Shown here one piece after another: positions 22,792-33,367 of a stretch of 64,000 nt of DNA. Positions within the stretch are counted from its first letter, which is position 1. Each line of letters opens with the position of its first letter. The translations under genes were made by a program, and so were the position numbers. This DNA comes from Nitrospirota bacterium (GTDB lineage: Bacteria; Nitrospirota; UBA9217). The stretch lies in the NCBI GenBank assembly GCA_963818475.1, contig CAWFSF010000006.1, positions 512,001-576,000 on the forward strand, given 5' to 3'. The notes beneath the pieces were generated by a model. That model worked only from the letters and a program-made list of their open reading frames with translations, was not told the DNA's origin and searched no databases.

Positions 22792-23591
22792 CTGATATAA
22801 GCTCCGTTCAAATAGAACAGGACGGCTGCCCGGATCGTGTATCGGTCCATGCGCCAGTCATCGGGCAGGGACTGGAAGGGCGCCGCCGTCCGGATGGCAC
22901 GCAGCGCTTCGTCGTCAAGGATCTTGTAGCCCGATGATTTCAGCACCTCGAGCCGGCCCAGGGACCCGTCCTTCATGATGTCGAACAGAATATAGAGCGT
23001 TCCCTGATATCCTGACAGTGCCGCGAGTTCGGGATAGGCGAGCACGCTCTCGACCTTGACCTTGAGCCAGCGGTTGTAGGAGATGAACTTGAACTCATCC
23101 GTATCGAGCGTCACGGAATTATCGCCCGGTTTGCGCTCCGGCATGCCTTTGCGCGCAAGGTCGTCGATATCAGCCTGGGAAAGAAAAGGGAGCGGTCCTG
23201 GTTCATCGCCCTTTGGCGTTGTCCTGCCCGATCCCGAGCCTTTTTCTCCTCCGCCGGGTGTGCCCGGTTTGCCGTTGGGCGGGAGCGTTTTTGGAACTGC
23301 TATGTCTGGAGCATTTCCGAATTGCCTGGGTGCCGGAATTGCGTGCGGTTTGGGCAGCGGTTCAGGAATCGGAATGACTGGTTTTTGCGGGGCAGGCAGA
23401 GGCGGGACCGGCTGCGCCACAGGCGGAAGCTGTTTGAGCTGATCTCTCGGAACGTTCACGATCTCTACCGGTGTTGTCACCGGAAGCGGCGTGAGCGCAG
23501 GCTTGATGAGATAGACCGCGGCAGCGAGCGCCAGGATATGGCATGCCAGGGAGATGATGAGGAACGTGGTGAACTGCCGACGAGGGGACAT
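22788..23591 (-). CDS. TonB family energy transducer
   Basis: N-terminal TM with SxxxH, proline-rich linker, YPELA, KSSGYKILD C-terminal domain. Confidence 0.85.
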   Translation of the reverse strand: MSPRRQFTTFLIISLACHILALAAAVYLIKPALTPLPVTTPVEIVNVPRDQLKQLPPVAQPVPPLPAPQKPVIPIPEPLPKPHAIPAPRQFGNAPDIAVPKTLPPNGKPGTPGGGEKGSGSGRTTPKGDEPGPLPFLSQADIDDLARKGMPERKPGDNSVTLDTDEFKFISYNRWLKVKVESVLAYPELAALSGYQGTLYILFDIMKDGSLGRLEVLKSSGYKILDDEALRAIRTAAPFQSLPDDWRMDRYTIRAAVLFYLNGAYIR

Positions 23592-23630
23592 AAGATACCG
23601 GGGAGCGTTATACCCGAGAAAAAATCCTTA

Positions 23631-23714
23631 TCCGCAGATTTTGCAGATTGACGCGGATTTAAATAAATGTGATCCAGGTTTGTTTTGATCTATGAAATCG
23701 GCGCAATCTGCGGA
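23631..23714. repeat. Inverted 9-mer repeats (CGCAGATT type), REP-like
   Basis: TCCGCAGATTTTGCAGATTGACGCGGATTT ... GAAATCGGCGCAATCTGCGGA. Confidence 0.65.
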
Positions 23715-23734
23715 CAATATGTTGATCTGAGCAG

Positions 23735-24778
23735 TTACAAGAGTTTTTGCATCCTGTCCGAGACTTCACGCAGCAGCTTCAGGATCGCTTCGGCCTTGTC
23801 CGGCGTGAGGCTGCCCATGCCGCAGGATGGAGTGATCAGGCTCTGGCGCAGGATCACCTCGCGCGCAATGCCGGCTGCTTCGAGCCGTTTCATGCCCGCG
23901 TCGAGCTTTGCCAGGAGCAGGTCAGCTGTCTCGTTCCCGGTGAAGGCTCCCGTAGGCACCACGCCCCAGGCGAGTGCTCCGCCGCGCGCCAGAAATTTTT
24001 TAATGTCGTCGGGGTAGAGCATGACCTTCTCCATGTACCCGAAGGCGTCGAAGTTCACGATATCAACGTTTGTGTTGAAGATCATGGGCCAGTCCGCATT
24101 GCCGCAGCAGTGAATGCCTGCAAGTCCTCCGAGCTCGTGGATCGTGTCGATGATCTCGTTCAGCTTCTCCGCCACGACCTCGGACGAGACGGCGGAGAAT
24201 GCCGAACCCAGGGATTCCATGGCAGGTTCGTCTATGAAGATGATGACGGGCTTCCCGAACTGCTTGAGCTCCTGGATCTGCCATGCTGCTTTCATGGCGA
24301 GGCCTTTGACCACGGCATCAAAGAGCATCTCGTTATGCACGATGTCCTTGCCCGTCTCGTCCTTGAAGGAGATGCCGGCTGTGAGCGGACCGGTGATGTG
24401 GCCTTTGACGAAGCGCATCTTCGAGGGTAGGCCCTGCTTCAATACTTTTATAAAGGCCGGGAATGCGGCTGCATACTCTTCCGAGATCTTAAAGAAGCCG
24501 TAGTTCTTCTCTATAAATTGCTCGAAGAACTTCTCGAATTCCGGCGTCAGGTCTTTGGACGTATCGAAATAGAACCGTTGCTTAACCGCATCGAGCCTGA
24601 TCCCGGGCAGGGACTCACTGTACTGGCTGTCCATGTGCTCGCGGAAGTCGCGCTGCGGCAGCTGGGGCCAGATCGGGGCTTCCGGAAGATACTGGAGCGA
24701 CAGGGCCGCTGCCTTGTCCGGGTCCGTGATGGGCAGGCTGCCGATGCCGGTGGCGATGCAGTTGAAGCTATGCGTCAT
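23735..24778 (-). CDS. Core (single-domain) methionine synthase, MetE C-terminal-like
   Basis: TGIGSLP, WPQLP, KGHITGP, IDEP, HCC, TPSCG. Confidence 0.78.
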   Translation of the reverse strand: MTHSFNCIATGIGSLPITDPDKAAALSLQYLPEAPIWPQLPQRDFREHMDSQYSESLPGIRLDAVKQRFYFDTSKDLTPEFEKFFEQFIEKNYGFFKISEEYAAAFPAFIKVLKQGLPSKMRFVKGHITGPLTAGISFKDETGKDIVHNEMLFDAVVKGLAMKAAWQIQELKQFGKPVIIFIDEPAMESLGSAFSAVSSEVVAEKLNEIIDTIHELGGLAGIHCCGNADWPMIFNTNVDIVNFDAFGYMEKVMLYPDDIKKFLARGGALAWGVVPTGAFTGNETADLLLAKLDAGMKRLEAAGIAREVILRQSLITPSCGMGSLTPDKAEAILKLLREVSDRMQKLL

Positions 24779-24988
24779 GATGAAAGTCCTTTTCCCTTCG
24801 AGGTCGATGACGGATTATATATTCTCGTGAGAAAAAAAACAATCAAATTTGCGAGCACGCGTATCCTGAGACCAGCGATGTCATGGTGTTCGGCAGGGAA
24901 GGGTGTCTCCCCATGATTCTCCCGTGGTCGTCGCTCATGGATAACTTTCATCTTTACACCACGTGATAAAAAATGTACTATGCCGCCC

Positions 24989-25354
24989 ATGAAAATGAAA
25001 TACGGCGCCAAAGCGATCAAACAGGCCAGGCTCGAACTGTGGCCCAATCCCAATCCTGACAGGGACTATGTGATCGATATCTCCTTCCCTGAATTCACCT
25101 GCCTCTGCCCGCGGTCAGGGTACCCAGACTTCGCGACGATCAAGGTCACGTATACGCCGGACAAAAAAGTGGTGGAGCTCAAAGCCTTGAAGCTCTATCT
25201 GAACAGCTTCCGGGACCAGAGCATCTCCCACGAGGCGGTGACGAACCTGATCTTCGACACGCTCGTCAAGAACCTGAAGCCGCGTACGCTTGAGGTCGTG
25301 GGCGATTTCAATCCCCGGGGCAATGTGAAGACCGTCATCCGGGTTGCCCTGTAA
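24989..25354 (+). CDS. queF: NADPH-dependent preQ0 reductase, type I
   Basis: [28 protein letters not shown]. Confidence 0.93.
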   Translation: MKMKYGAKAIKQARLELWPNPNPDRDYVIDISFPEFTCLCPRSGYPDFATIKVTYTPDKKVVELKALKLYLNSFRDQSISHEAVTNLIFDTLVKNLKPRTLEVVGDFNPRGNVKTVIRVAL

Positions 25355-25522
25355 CGGCTGATCGGACTGCGAACCTTCTCCCGCTCTTTCCCGTGCGACG
25401 TCGTATCGCGCTTTCCCCCAGATGTCCTGTACGCTATCTAACCCTGTGAAACATCTTGACTCTTTAGCAACACCATGTTATTTATTGGGCGTTCCCGTAT
25501 GCCATTGACACGGAGGTCGTTC

Positions 25523-26581
25523 ATGAGGTTCCTGATCAAGGTCGCACTTCCTGCTCTGCTTTTTGCATGCGTCATGCCGCACTGGTCAAACGCTGCTTCT
25601 GCCCCTGAAACTTTTGCCCCCCTCGTAAAAAAAGAGATGCCTTCGGTCGTGAACATTTCCACCAAACAGGTGGTCAAGGTGCGGCAGCAGTCGCCCTTCG
25701 GCGATCCGCAGATGGACGAATTCTTTTTTCGCTTCTTCGGCAACATGCCGCAGCGCGAGCAGGTGCGCCAGAGCCTCGGCTCGGGATTCATTATCAGCGC
25801 CGACGGCTACATTCTTACCAACAATCATGTTGTGGACATGGCGAACGATATCAAGGTCGCTTTTTCGGACGGGAAGGTGCTGGAGGCAAAACTTATCGGC
25901 AGGTCCCAGGAGATCGACCTCGCTCTGATCAAGGTCGAGGCGCAGGACCTTCCGGCTGTCAAGCTCGGCGATTCCAGCGTGCTCGAAGTAGGGGACTGGG
26001 TCCTGGCGATCGGGAATCCCTTCGGCCTGTCGCATACGGTGACAGCGGGGATCGTCTCGGCCAAGGGCCGTGTGATCGGCATCGGCCCCTATGACGATCT
26101 GATCCAGACGGACGCAGCCATTAATCCGGGAAACAGCGGCGGCCCGTTGTTCAACATGCAGGGTGAGGTGGTCGGGATCAATACGGTAATCATCGCCAGC
26201 GGCCAGAACCTGGGATTTGCAATCCCGATCACTATGGTGAAGGAGGTGCTGCCTTCGATCAGGGAAAAGGGCAGGCCCGATATGGGCTGGCTCGGCGTTT
26301 CGGCGCAGGCCGTGACCCCCGATCTGGCTGCCGCCCTTGGCCTTGCCGAACCAATGGGCGCGATCATCAATGGCATTACGAAAGGCGGTCCTGCTGATAA
26401 GGCCGGCCTTCAGCGCGGTGATGTGATCGTGTCGCTGGACGGAAAAAAGATCCTCGAGCCCGGCGAGCTTCCCCGGATGGTGGCCTTCGGGCATATAGGC
26501 AAGACCGTTACGCTCAGCGTGGTCCGCAAAGGCAAGCCCCGGGAGATCAAGGCCGTCGTGGAGCTGAGGCCGGAGAAGTAA
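25523..26581 (+). CDS. HtrA/DegQ family serine protease with one PDZ domain
   Basis: LGSGFII, TNNHVV, QTDAAINPGNSGGPL. Confidence 0.95.
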   Translation: MRFLIKVALPALLFACVMPHWSNAASAPETFAPLVKKEMPSVVNISTKQVVKVRQQSPFGDPQMDEFFFRFFGNMPQREQVRQSLGSGFIISADGYILTNNHVVDMANDIKVAFSDGKVLEAKLIGRSQEIDLALIKVEAQDLPAVKLGDSSVLEVGDWVLAIGNPFGLSHTVTAGIVSAKGRVIGIGPYDDLIQTDAAINPGNSGGPLFNMQGEVVGINTVIIASGQNLGFAIPITMVKEVLPSIREKGRPDMGWLGVSAQAVTPDLAAALGLAEPMGAIINGITKGGPADKAGLQRGDVIVSLDGKKILEPGELPRMVAFGHIGKTVTLSVVRKGKPREIKAVVELRPEK

Positions 26582-26614
26582 TTGTAGTTCGGAGTTTGGA
26601 GTTCGTAGTTCGGA
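26582..26614. repeat. Heptamer tandem repeat
   Basis: GTAGTTC GGAGTTT GGAGTTC GTAGTTC GGAG. Confidence 0.6.
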
Positions 26615-26650
26615 GCGCGGCATGCTCCACGCTCGAAAAAGGGGGAACCC

Positions 26651-26980
26651 ATGTTTGGTCTCGGATTGCCGGAAATCATAGTCATCTTTGTCATTGCCCT
26701 CGTCGTCTTTGGGCCAAAGAAACTGCCTGACCTGGGCAAGTCCATCGGCCGCGCCATGGCGGAGTTCAAAAAAGCTTCGGAGGACTTCCAGGAATCGGTC
26801 CGGTCCGAAATGAAGGACGTGGAAAAGTCCGTTGACGTGAAGGAAGAGGTCAAACAGCTCGAACAGCTCGGCAAGGCTGACATCATATACGGGGCGACCG
26901 ACAGCGACGAGAAGGGTATTGCCCCGTCGGGAGAAGGGCAGCACAAGGAGAAGGACGAGCATGCCGAAGACAACAGCTGA
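26651..26980 (+). CDS. tatA: Twin-arginine translocase TatA/TatB subunit
   Basis: MFGLGLPE...FGPKKLPDLGKSIG. Confidence 0.88.
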   Translation: MFGLGLPEIIVIFVIALVVFGPKKLPDLGKSIGRAMAEFKKASEDFQESVRSEMKDVEKSVDVKEEVKQLEQLGKADIIYGATDSDEKGIAPSGEGQHKEKDEHAEDNS

Positions 26981-27773
26981 AGAAGAACTGCAGATGCCGT
27001 TCTGGAGCCATCTCGCCGAGCTTCGTAAACGACTGGTCATTTCGGCCATCGCGGTCGCCATCGGATTTGCGGCCTGCTTTAGTTTTTCCGAGGACCTGCT
27101 GGGGGTCCTCATGATTCCGTTGAACATGACGATGAGTTTCCAGTCATCGTTTCCCTTCCTGTTGTTCACGCCGAACGCGGTCAGGCAGGAGCTCTTTTTC
27201 ACCACGCTGACCGAACCCTTCATGGCTCACCTGAAGATCGCTTTTGTGGCCGGCCTGATCCTGGCCGTGCCGGTCATCCTGCTCCAGATCTGGAAGTTCA
27301 TTTCCCCGGGGCTCATGCCGCGGGAGCGCCGGTATACGGGTTACTTTGTATCGTTCTCCACGCTGTTCTTTGCAGCGGGCGTTCTGTTCTGCTTTTTTCT
27401 GCTGCTGCCCTTTACCGTGCCGTTCCTGATCGGGTACAAGACGGAACACCTGCAGCCGATCATCAGGATCGGCGAGTATATCGACTTCACCCTGAAGTTC
27501 CTGCTGGGGGCGGGGGCAGTGTTCGAACTGCCGCTCATCATCATTCTGCTCAGCCGCATGGGCATCCTGCAGCCTGCATCCCTCGCGAAGTTCCGTAAAT
27601 ACGCGTTCCTGATCTCATTTCTCCTGGGCGCCATCATCACGCCGACGCCTGATGCGTTCAACATGACGCTCATGTCCTTGCCGATCTATTTTCTGTACGA
27701 GATCGGTATTCTGGGGGCGCGCATCTTCGGCAGGAAACGCAGCTCAGCTTCCACGGACCTGACGGAGATATAG
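26961..27773 (+). CDS. tatC: Twin-arginine translocase TatC
   Basis: HLAELRKRL, FISPGL, FELP, TPTPD. Confidence 0.95.
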   Translation: MPKTTAEEELQMPFWSHLAELRKRLVISAIAVAIGFAACFSFSEDLLGVLMIPLNMTMSFQSSFPFLLFTPNAVRQELFFTTLTEPFMAHLKIAFVAGLILAVPVILLQIWKFISPGLMPRERRYTGYFVSFSTLFFAAGVLFCFFLLLPFTVPFLIGYKTEHLQPIIRIGEYIDFTLKFLLGAGAVFELPLIIILLSRMGILQPASLAKFRKYAFLISFLLGAIITPTPDAFNMTLMSLPIYFLYEIGILGARIFGRKRSSASTDLTEI

Positions 27774-27775
27774 CA

Positions 27776-27800
27776 ATTGCGGATTGCGGAATGCGGATTG
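27776..27800. repeat. Heptamer tandem repeat, same family as 4693-4768
   Basis: ATTGCGG ATTGCGG AATGCGG ATTG. Confidence 0.6.
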
Positions 27801-27808
27801 GAAAAGCA

Positions 27809-28312
27809 ATGCGAATCGTTTCATTCGTTGCCGCCGGTTCGAACAGCGGCAAAACCACGCTTATCGAAAAGATCATCCCGCTCCTAAAGGCCCGCGGTCT
27901 GCGCGTCGCCGTGGTAAAGCATGCCCATGCCGGTTTCGAGATTGACCAGCCGGGCAAGGACTCCTGGCGATTTCGAGAGGCAGGCGCCGATGCAGTTCTG
28001 ATCATCGGGCCTAATGGATCGGCACTCACGAGGAAACTGACGGCAGAGCCGCTTGCCGACCTCGAACTTCTTGCCCGGGATGTCGATATCGTTATCCAGG
28101 AGGGATTCAAGAAGACTGCGCAGAACAAGATCGAGGTTTTTCGCACGGGTATTTCGGGTGAACGGCCTCTTTGCATGTCGGACCCGTCGTTCCTTGCCCT
28201 CGTGAGCGACGCCCCCTTTGATACACCCATCCCCCGCTTCGATATCAACGACGCCAGCGGCATAGCCGAGTACCTTATCGCTAATTTCGGCCCGTCGCGA
28301 GCTGCATCGTAA
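27809..28312 (+). CDS. mobB: Molybdopterin-guanine dinucleotide biosynthesis protein B
   Basis: SNSGKTT P-loop, VKH, GKDSWRF, EGFK. Confidence 0.9.
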   Translation: MRIVSFVAAGSNSGKTTLIEKIIPLLKARGLRVAVVKHAHAGFEIDQPGKDSWRFREAGADAVLIIGPNGSALTRKLTAEPLADLELLARDVDIVIQEGFKKTAQNKIEVFRTGISGERPLCMSDPSFLALVSDAPFDTPIPRFDINDASGIAEYLIANFGPSRAAS

Positions 28313-28506
28313 CCGAAGCATCTCTCGTTCAGTCTTTAAAAGGAATACCTGCTAACCTTGATTGCTAAAAGATGTTTACTTGGGGTTTAAGCGGGAAAAT
28401 GATGTTTTTCATTGACTTGTAGTTCGGTTTGTCTTATAAACAGAACATATATTTCCATCGAAAAAAACAGGATAGCTTTCAGCGTTCAAATACGAAAGGA
28501 GTAAGC

Positions 28507-29790
28507 ATGGCGGGTGCGAGATCGAAAAAATTGTTCGAAGAGGCGAAAAAGATCATTCCCGGCGGTGTGAACAGCCCGGTGCGGGCATTCCGCTCCGTAG
28601 GCGGAGAACCGCTTTTTATCAAGAAGGCGAAGGGATCAAAGATCTACGATGCTGACAACAAGGAATATATAGACTATGTCCTTTCCTGGGGTCCTATGAT
28701 CCTGGGCCATGCCAATCCACGCGTTTCAACAGCGCTCAAAAAGGCGGTGGCGAACGGCACGAGCTTTGGCGCGCCCACGGAACTGGAGATCACGCTCGCC
28801 AAGATGGTGAAAAAAGCGTTCCCGTCGATGGATATGATGCGCATGGTCAGCTCGGGCACGGAGGCGACCATGAGCGCCATTCGTGCGGCCCGCGGGTTCA
28901 CCAACCGGGACAAGATCCTGAAGTTCGACGGCTGTTACCACGGACATGCCGACAGCCTCCTGGTGAAGGCCGGCAGCGGTGTGGCGACCTTCGGCCTGCC
29001 CGACAGCCCCGGTGTTCCCGCAGACCTTGCCAAACTGACCCTCACGGTAGCTTACAACGACCTTACCGCAGTAAAGGAGATGGCCAGACGCCAGGGTGAG
29101 CAGATCGCCTGTATCATTGTTGAACCGGTCGCCGGCAATATGGGCTGCGTTCCGCCCGATCCGGGTTTCCTCACCGGGCTTCGGGAGGTCTGCGACCAGT
29201 ACGGCATCCTCTTGATCATCGACGAGGTCATGACCGGCTTTCGCGTGTCTTACGGCGGCGCCCAGAAGATCTATAACATCAAGCCCGATCTGACCTGTCT
29301 CGGCAAGGTGATCGGCGGCGGGCTTCCGGTGGGCGCCTACGGCGGTAAGGCCGAGATCATGCAAAAGATCTCGCCTCTCGGCCCGATCTACCAGGCCGGT
29401 ACGCTGTCGGGCAATCCGCTGGCAATGACCGCCGGCATCGAGACCTTGAAGGCGCTTGCCAAACCCGGCGTGTACAAAACGCTCGAAAAGCTGACCGCCG
29501 AGCTCGAACTGGGCCTCCGGGAAGTGACGGCCGAGGCGGGCGTCCCTGCAACCTTCAACCGGGTGGGCTCCATGTTCACCACCTTTTTCACGAACACGAC
29601 CGTGCGGGACTTCGCAAGCGCCAAAACATCGGACACCGACCTTTTCGGGCGCTATTTCCGGTCAATGATCAAGAACGGGGTGAACCTCGCGCCGTCGCAG
29701 TTCGAGGCCGCCTTCATGTCGCTTGCCCACACCCGGGCCGATATCGCGAAGACCGTAGAGGCTGCACGGAAGAGTCTGAAGACATTGTAG
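28507..29790 (+). CDS. hemL: Glutamate-1-semialdehyde 2,1-aminomutase
   Basis: [42 protein letters not shown]. Confidence 0.97.
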   Translation: MAGARSKKLFEEAKKIIPGGVNSPVRAFRSVGGEPLFIKKAKGSKIYDADNKEYIDYVLSWGPMILGHANPRVSTALKKAVANGTSFGAPTELEITLAKMVKKAFPSMDMMRMVSSGTEATMSAIRAARGFTNRDKILKFDGCYHGHADSLLVKAGSGVATFGLPDSPGVPADLAKLTLTVAYNDLTAVKEMARRQGEQIACIIVEPVAGNMGCVPPDPGFLTGLREVCDQYGILLIIDEVMTGFRVSYGGAQKIYNIKPDLTCLGKVIGGGLPVGAYGGKAEIMQKISPLGPIYQAGTLSGNPLAMTAGIETLKALAKPGVYKTLEKLTAELELGLREVTAEAGVPATFNRVGSMFTTFFTNTTVRDFASAKTSDTDLFGRYFRSMIKNGVNLAPSQFEAAFMSLAHTRADIAKTVEAARKSLKTL

Positions 29791-29875
29791 ACGATGCGGG
29801 GACGCGTGAATGCGCGAGCATGTTCTTCCACATTTCCGCATATACACCTATTCGCATGTACCATATATCACAACT

Positions 29876-30133
29876 ATGGAAGAAAAAGACCGGAAGCTGA
29901 TCCGCATGCTCGGCGTGCTGAGCACCGTGGGCATCACCATGGTGGCGGCCACGGTCATCGGCCTGTTCATCGGACTGAAACTGGATAAGTTCTTCGGCAC
30001 GTCGCCGTGGCTGACGGCGCTCTTCCTGCTCTTCGGCCTTATCGCCGGATTCAGGAACCTGTTCCTGTACGCCAAGCGAAGCCAGCAGGCCATGGACGAC
30101 GACAACAATAAAGATCCAAAAGGAACGCCATGA
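29876..30133 (+). CDS. AtpZ/AtpI-family (ATP synthase gene 1) protein
   Basis: Two TM helices, GLKLDKFFGTSPW motif. Confidence 0.85.
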   Translation: MEEKDRKLIRMLGVLSTVGITMVAATVIGLFIGLKLDKFFGTSPWLTALFLLFGLIAGFRNLFLYAKRSQQAMDDDNNKDPKGTP

Positions 30134-30570
30134 CCGAAGAAGCGAGCGCGTCGAAACAGGCAGTGGGCGATATTGTTCAGAGAGTTGTGAAGAAGACGCT
30201 TATGCTCACTGTCGTTGCCATTGCCGGTGTTTTCATCTTCAACGTCCTTGTTGCCGCGGACCGGCAGTGGTGGCTGCTCCCGGCCAGCATCCTTTTCGGG
30301 GCGGCCCTGGGGCTGGTCAACTTCCAGTGGCTGGCTGTCGCGGTCGAGCGGATCTACCTCAGAAAAGGCGCAACGCCGGGAGTGTCCAATATCGCCGCGG
30401 CGATCATCAACATCCTGAAGCTGGCTGCCATCTTCGTTGTTCTGTTCATCGTCATAAAATGGCAGCTTCTGAATGTTTTCGGACTGGTGGGAGGTCTTTC
30501 GCTCTGTTTCCTTGCCATTCTCTGGCAGGGATTGACGCTTATGAAGAACGTGTCCGCACATGATCAGTAA
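30130..30570 (+). CDS. atpI: ATP synthase subunit I-like membrane protein
   Basis: Four TM helices, GAALGLVNF motif, overlaps the AtpZ-like gene. Confidence 0.65.
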   Translation: MTEEASASKQAVGDIVQRVVKKTLMLTVVAIAGVFIFNVLVAADRQWWLLPASILFGAALGLVNFQWLAVAVERIYLRKGATPGVSNIAAAIINILKLAAIFVVLFIVIKWQLLNVFGLVGGLSLCFLAILWQGLTLMKNVSAHDQ

Positions 30571-30627
30571 CCGGTAGGCAACGCGCCAGGGTGGGTTGGG
30601 ACATCACTGCTGAAAGGCAGAAGGAGA

Positions 30628-31110
30628 GTGCGTATGAAGAATCATGTTCTGAGGCCGCTGTTCGTGGTTATTGGTATCGTTGCGCTGATATTGCTCGCGA
30701 GATTGGTGCTGGTCCCGAAGGATTTCGGCATCGGCCAGCGGGGATACATGTACGGCTGGCATCGAAACAGCAACGAAGAAGAGTGGAAAAACACGATCAT
30801 CAAGGTAAAGTACCAGGGCAAGGAGTACTGCAAGGACTGCCACCCCGATAAATACGACAGTATCAATAAAACCCCTCACAAGATCATACAATGCGAGAAC
30901 TGCCATGGTCCGGCTGTTGATCATCCCTCTGACCCGCCAAAGCTCGCCATCGATAAAAGCAGGGCACAGTGCCTGCGGTGCCATTACCCCTTGCCCTATC
31001 CCACGAGCGGAAGATCTCAGATCCGGGGCATCGATCCTGACAAACACAATCCCGATGTGGAGTGTTCGAACTGCCACAACCCGCACAATCCGATGGGAGG
31101 TCTGAAATGA
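30628..31110 (+). CDS. Membrane-anchored tetraheme cytochrome c
   Basis: CKDCH, CENCH, CLRCH, CSNCH. Confidence 0.9.
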   Translation: MRMKNHVLRPLFVVIGIVALILLARLVLVPKDFGIGQRGYMYGWHRNSNEEEWKNTIIKVKYQGKEYCKDCHPDKYDSINKTPHKIIQCENCHGPAVDHPSDPPKLAIDKSRAQCLRCHYPLPYPTSGRSQIRGIDPDKHNPDVECSNCHNPHNPMGGLK

Positions 31111-31896
31111 TATCGCGAAGGAATTTCCTGAAAACAACCGCCGCTGGGATCGCGGGCATCACGCTGCCCCTCGCGGCTTTCGAGATCATCGACCCCAAAA
31201 AGCTCATGGCCGAAGAGGCGAAGGACCCGGCAAAGGTCCGCTGGGTATTCCTGGTGGACACCTATAAGTGCGTGGGCTGCGGCCTCTGCGTCAAGGCCTG
31301 CAAGCAGGAAAACGAGATACCCTACGACGCGAACGTGACGAGGACCTGGGTCGAGCGCTATGTGATGACGAAGGACGGCAAGATCTACGCCGACACACCC
31401 AAGGGTGCGCGGGACGGTTTTACGAACTCGAAAATCGACCTTGGCCAGGGCAAGTTCAAGGACATCAAAAATGAAGACATCGATAAGGCATTCTTCGTGC
31501 CCAAGCTTTGCAACCAGTGCGACAACCCTCCCTGCGTGCAGGTGTGCCCCGTGGGCGCAACCTACCAGACCAAGGACGGCGTGGTGCTGGTGGACAGGAC
31601 GTGGTGTATCGGCTGCGGCTACTGTATCATGGGCTGTCCCTACGGTGTTCGGTTCTTCCACCCGGTATATCACACAGCCGAGAAGTGCAACTTCTGCTAT
31701 CACCGGATCACGAAGGGAATGAAGACCGCCTGCGTGGACGCATGCCCCTTCGGTGCGCGCCTGATCGGCAATATCAAGGACCCCAATGACCCGGTCACGA
31801 AGATCATCATGACTGAGCGGGTCGGGGTGCTGAAGGAAGAATACGGCACCAAACCCCAGGTCTTTTACGTCGGCCTCGAGCAGGGAGGTAAAATAA
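31107..31896 (+). CDS. Tat-exported 4Fe-4S dicluster protein (NrfC/DsrO-like); stop displaced by an indel near 31877
   Basis: SRRNFLK Tat motif; CVGCGLC, CNQC..PCVQVCP, CIGCGYC, KCNFC. Confidence 0.9.
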
Positions 31897-31898
31897 CC

Positions 31899-33156
31899 AT
31901 GGTACATGGAGAACTCTGGACTATAAAAGAATTATTCGTCTATCCGAACGAGTATCATTTACTGGAGCGTTCAGATCGTCATGTATCCCTTCATGACGGG
32001 GCTCGTGGCAGGGGCCTTCGTTCTGTCATCGCTCTACCATGTTTTCGGCATCAAACAGCTGAAGGACATGGCGCGCTTTGCGCTGGTATTCTCCTTCGCC
32101 CTGCTGTTTGTGGCGCCCATGCCCATCATGCTCCACCTCCAGTTCCCGTTCCGCGGCATGGAGATCTTCATGACACCGCACTTCACCTCGGCCATTGCCG
32201 CTTTTGGCGTGGTGTTCTTCGCCTACGGAGCGATCGTGGCGTCGGAGCTCTGGTTCCTTTACCGGAAGCATTTTGTCGAGGTGTCGCTTAAGCTTAGGGA
32301 AAAGCAGGACAAAACCCTGACTGAGTGGCTTCAGTATTTGATCTTCTGCTCACTGACCCTGGGTGTGTATGATGTCAGCGAAGAAGCGCTTCACCGGGAC
32401 GAAAAGGCCATCAAGATCCTGGCCGGCATCGGTATCCCGGTGGCCTGCTTCCTTCACGGCTATGCCGGGTTCATCTTCGGATCTGTCAAGGCAAATGCGC
32501 TCTGGATGACGCCGCTCATGCCGGTCATCTTCATCATGTCAGCGGTCGTATCGGGCATTGCGCTCTGCATGCTCACCTACATCGTCACCATGGAGTTCAA
32601 GAAGTTTCTCGCCTCGCGCAGGAATGAGGCACGCGGCGCTTTCCGGTCAAAAGAGGAGATCATCGGCGTTGAGGTCAACGTCATCCGGATGACCGCCAAA
32701 TACCTCGTTTTTTTCCTGGTCGCCGCCATCAGCCTTGAACTTCTTGATCTGATCTTCCGCACCTATACGGCGGTCAAGTCCTGGGACGTGCTGCGCAGTG
32801 TTATTTATGAACGGGATTTCTACGATATCTTCATCATGCAGTACGGCATCGGGAACCTCGTGCCGCTCATCCTGTTCCTGATCCCGGGCCTGACGATCAG
32901 AAGGGCCGTTCTCGCCGTTCTCCTCGTGCTCTTCGGCGTGTTCATGATGCGATGGAACGTGGTGATCGGCGGCCAGGCGTTCTCGCTCTCCTTTGCCGGC
33001 TATATGCACTACCACCTGCCGATCATCCCGCATGACTGGGAGACGTTCAAGGAAGGGTTGTTCGGTGCGCTCGGCATCTTCATCATGCCCTTCATCTTGT
33101 TCTGGGTGATCGCCAAAATATTCCCTGTTTTCCCCGAAAGGGAACAGTCGTCGTAA
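31899..33156 (+). CDS. NrfD/PsrC-family quinol-interacting membrane subunit (indel near 31955)
   Basis: YPFMTGLVAGAF, multi-TM, RWNVVIGGQ; SD GGAGGT before ATG 31899. Confidence 0.88.
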
Positions 33157-33174
33157 CGATGGACTCTACCGTAG

Positions 33175-33202
33175 CGGCGGGGCGCAATGCCCCGCCGTTT
33201 TA
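33175..33202 (+). terminator. Intrinsic terminator
   Basis: CGGCGGGGC...GCCCCGCCG followed by T residues. Confidence 0.75.
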
Positions 33203-33367
33203 TATTATTGTGTCACACAATATCTTGCCGAACTAAACCGCTTTCCGCTGTGTAATTCCATGAAAAAATCATCACTGATAAAGATATTGACATCATTTTC
33301 GAGCTATGTTATAAAAGCTCGCTTAGTGGTATAATTATCTAGGTGAAATGGATGGGGGATATATCAC

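Noticed and set aside
25586-27223. 545-aa minus-strand ORF
   Set aside because: Antisense to the clearly identified htrA-tatA-tatC genes.
31062-32291. FeS-NrfD fusion protein (409-aa ORF)
   Set aside because: The read-through arises from an indel near 31877. A separate SD and ATG for NrfD exist at 31884-31901.
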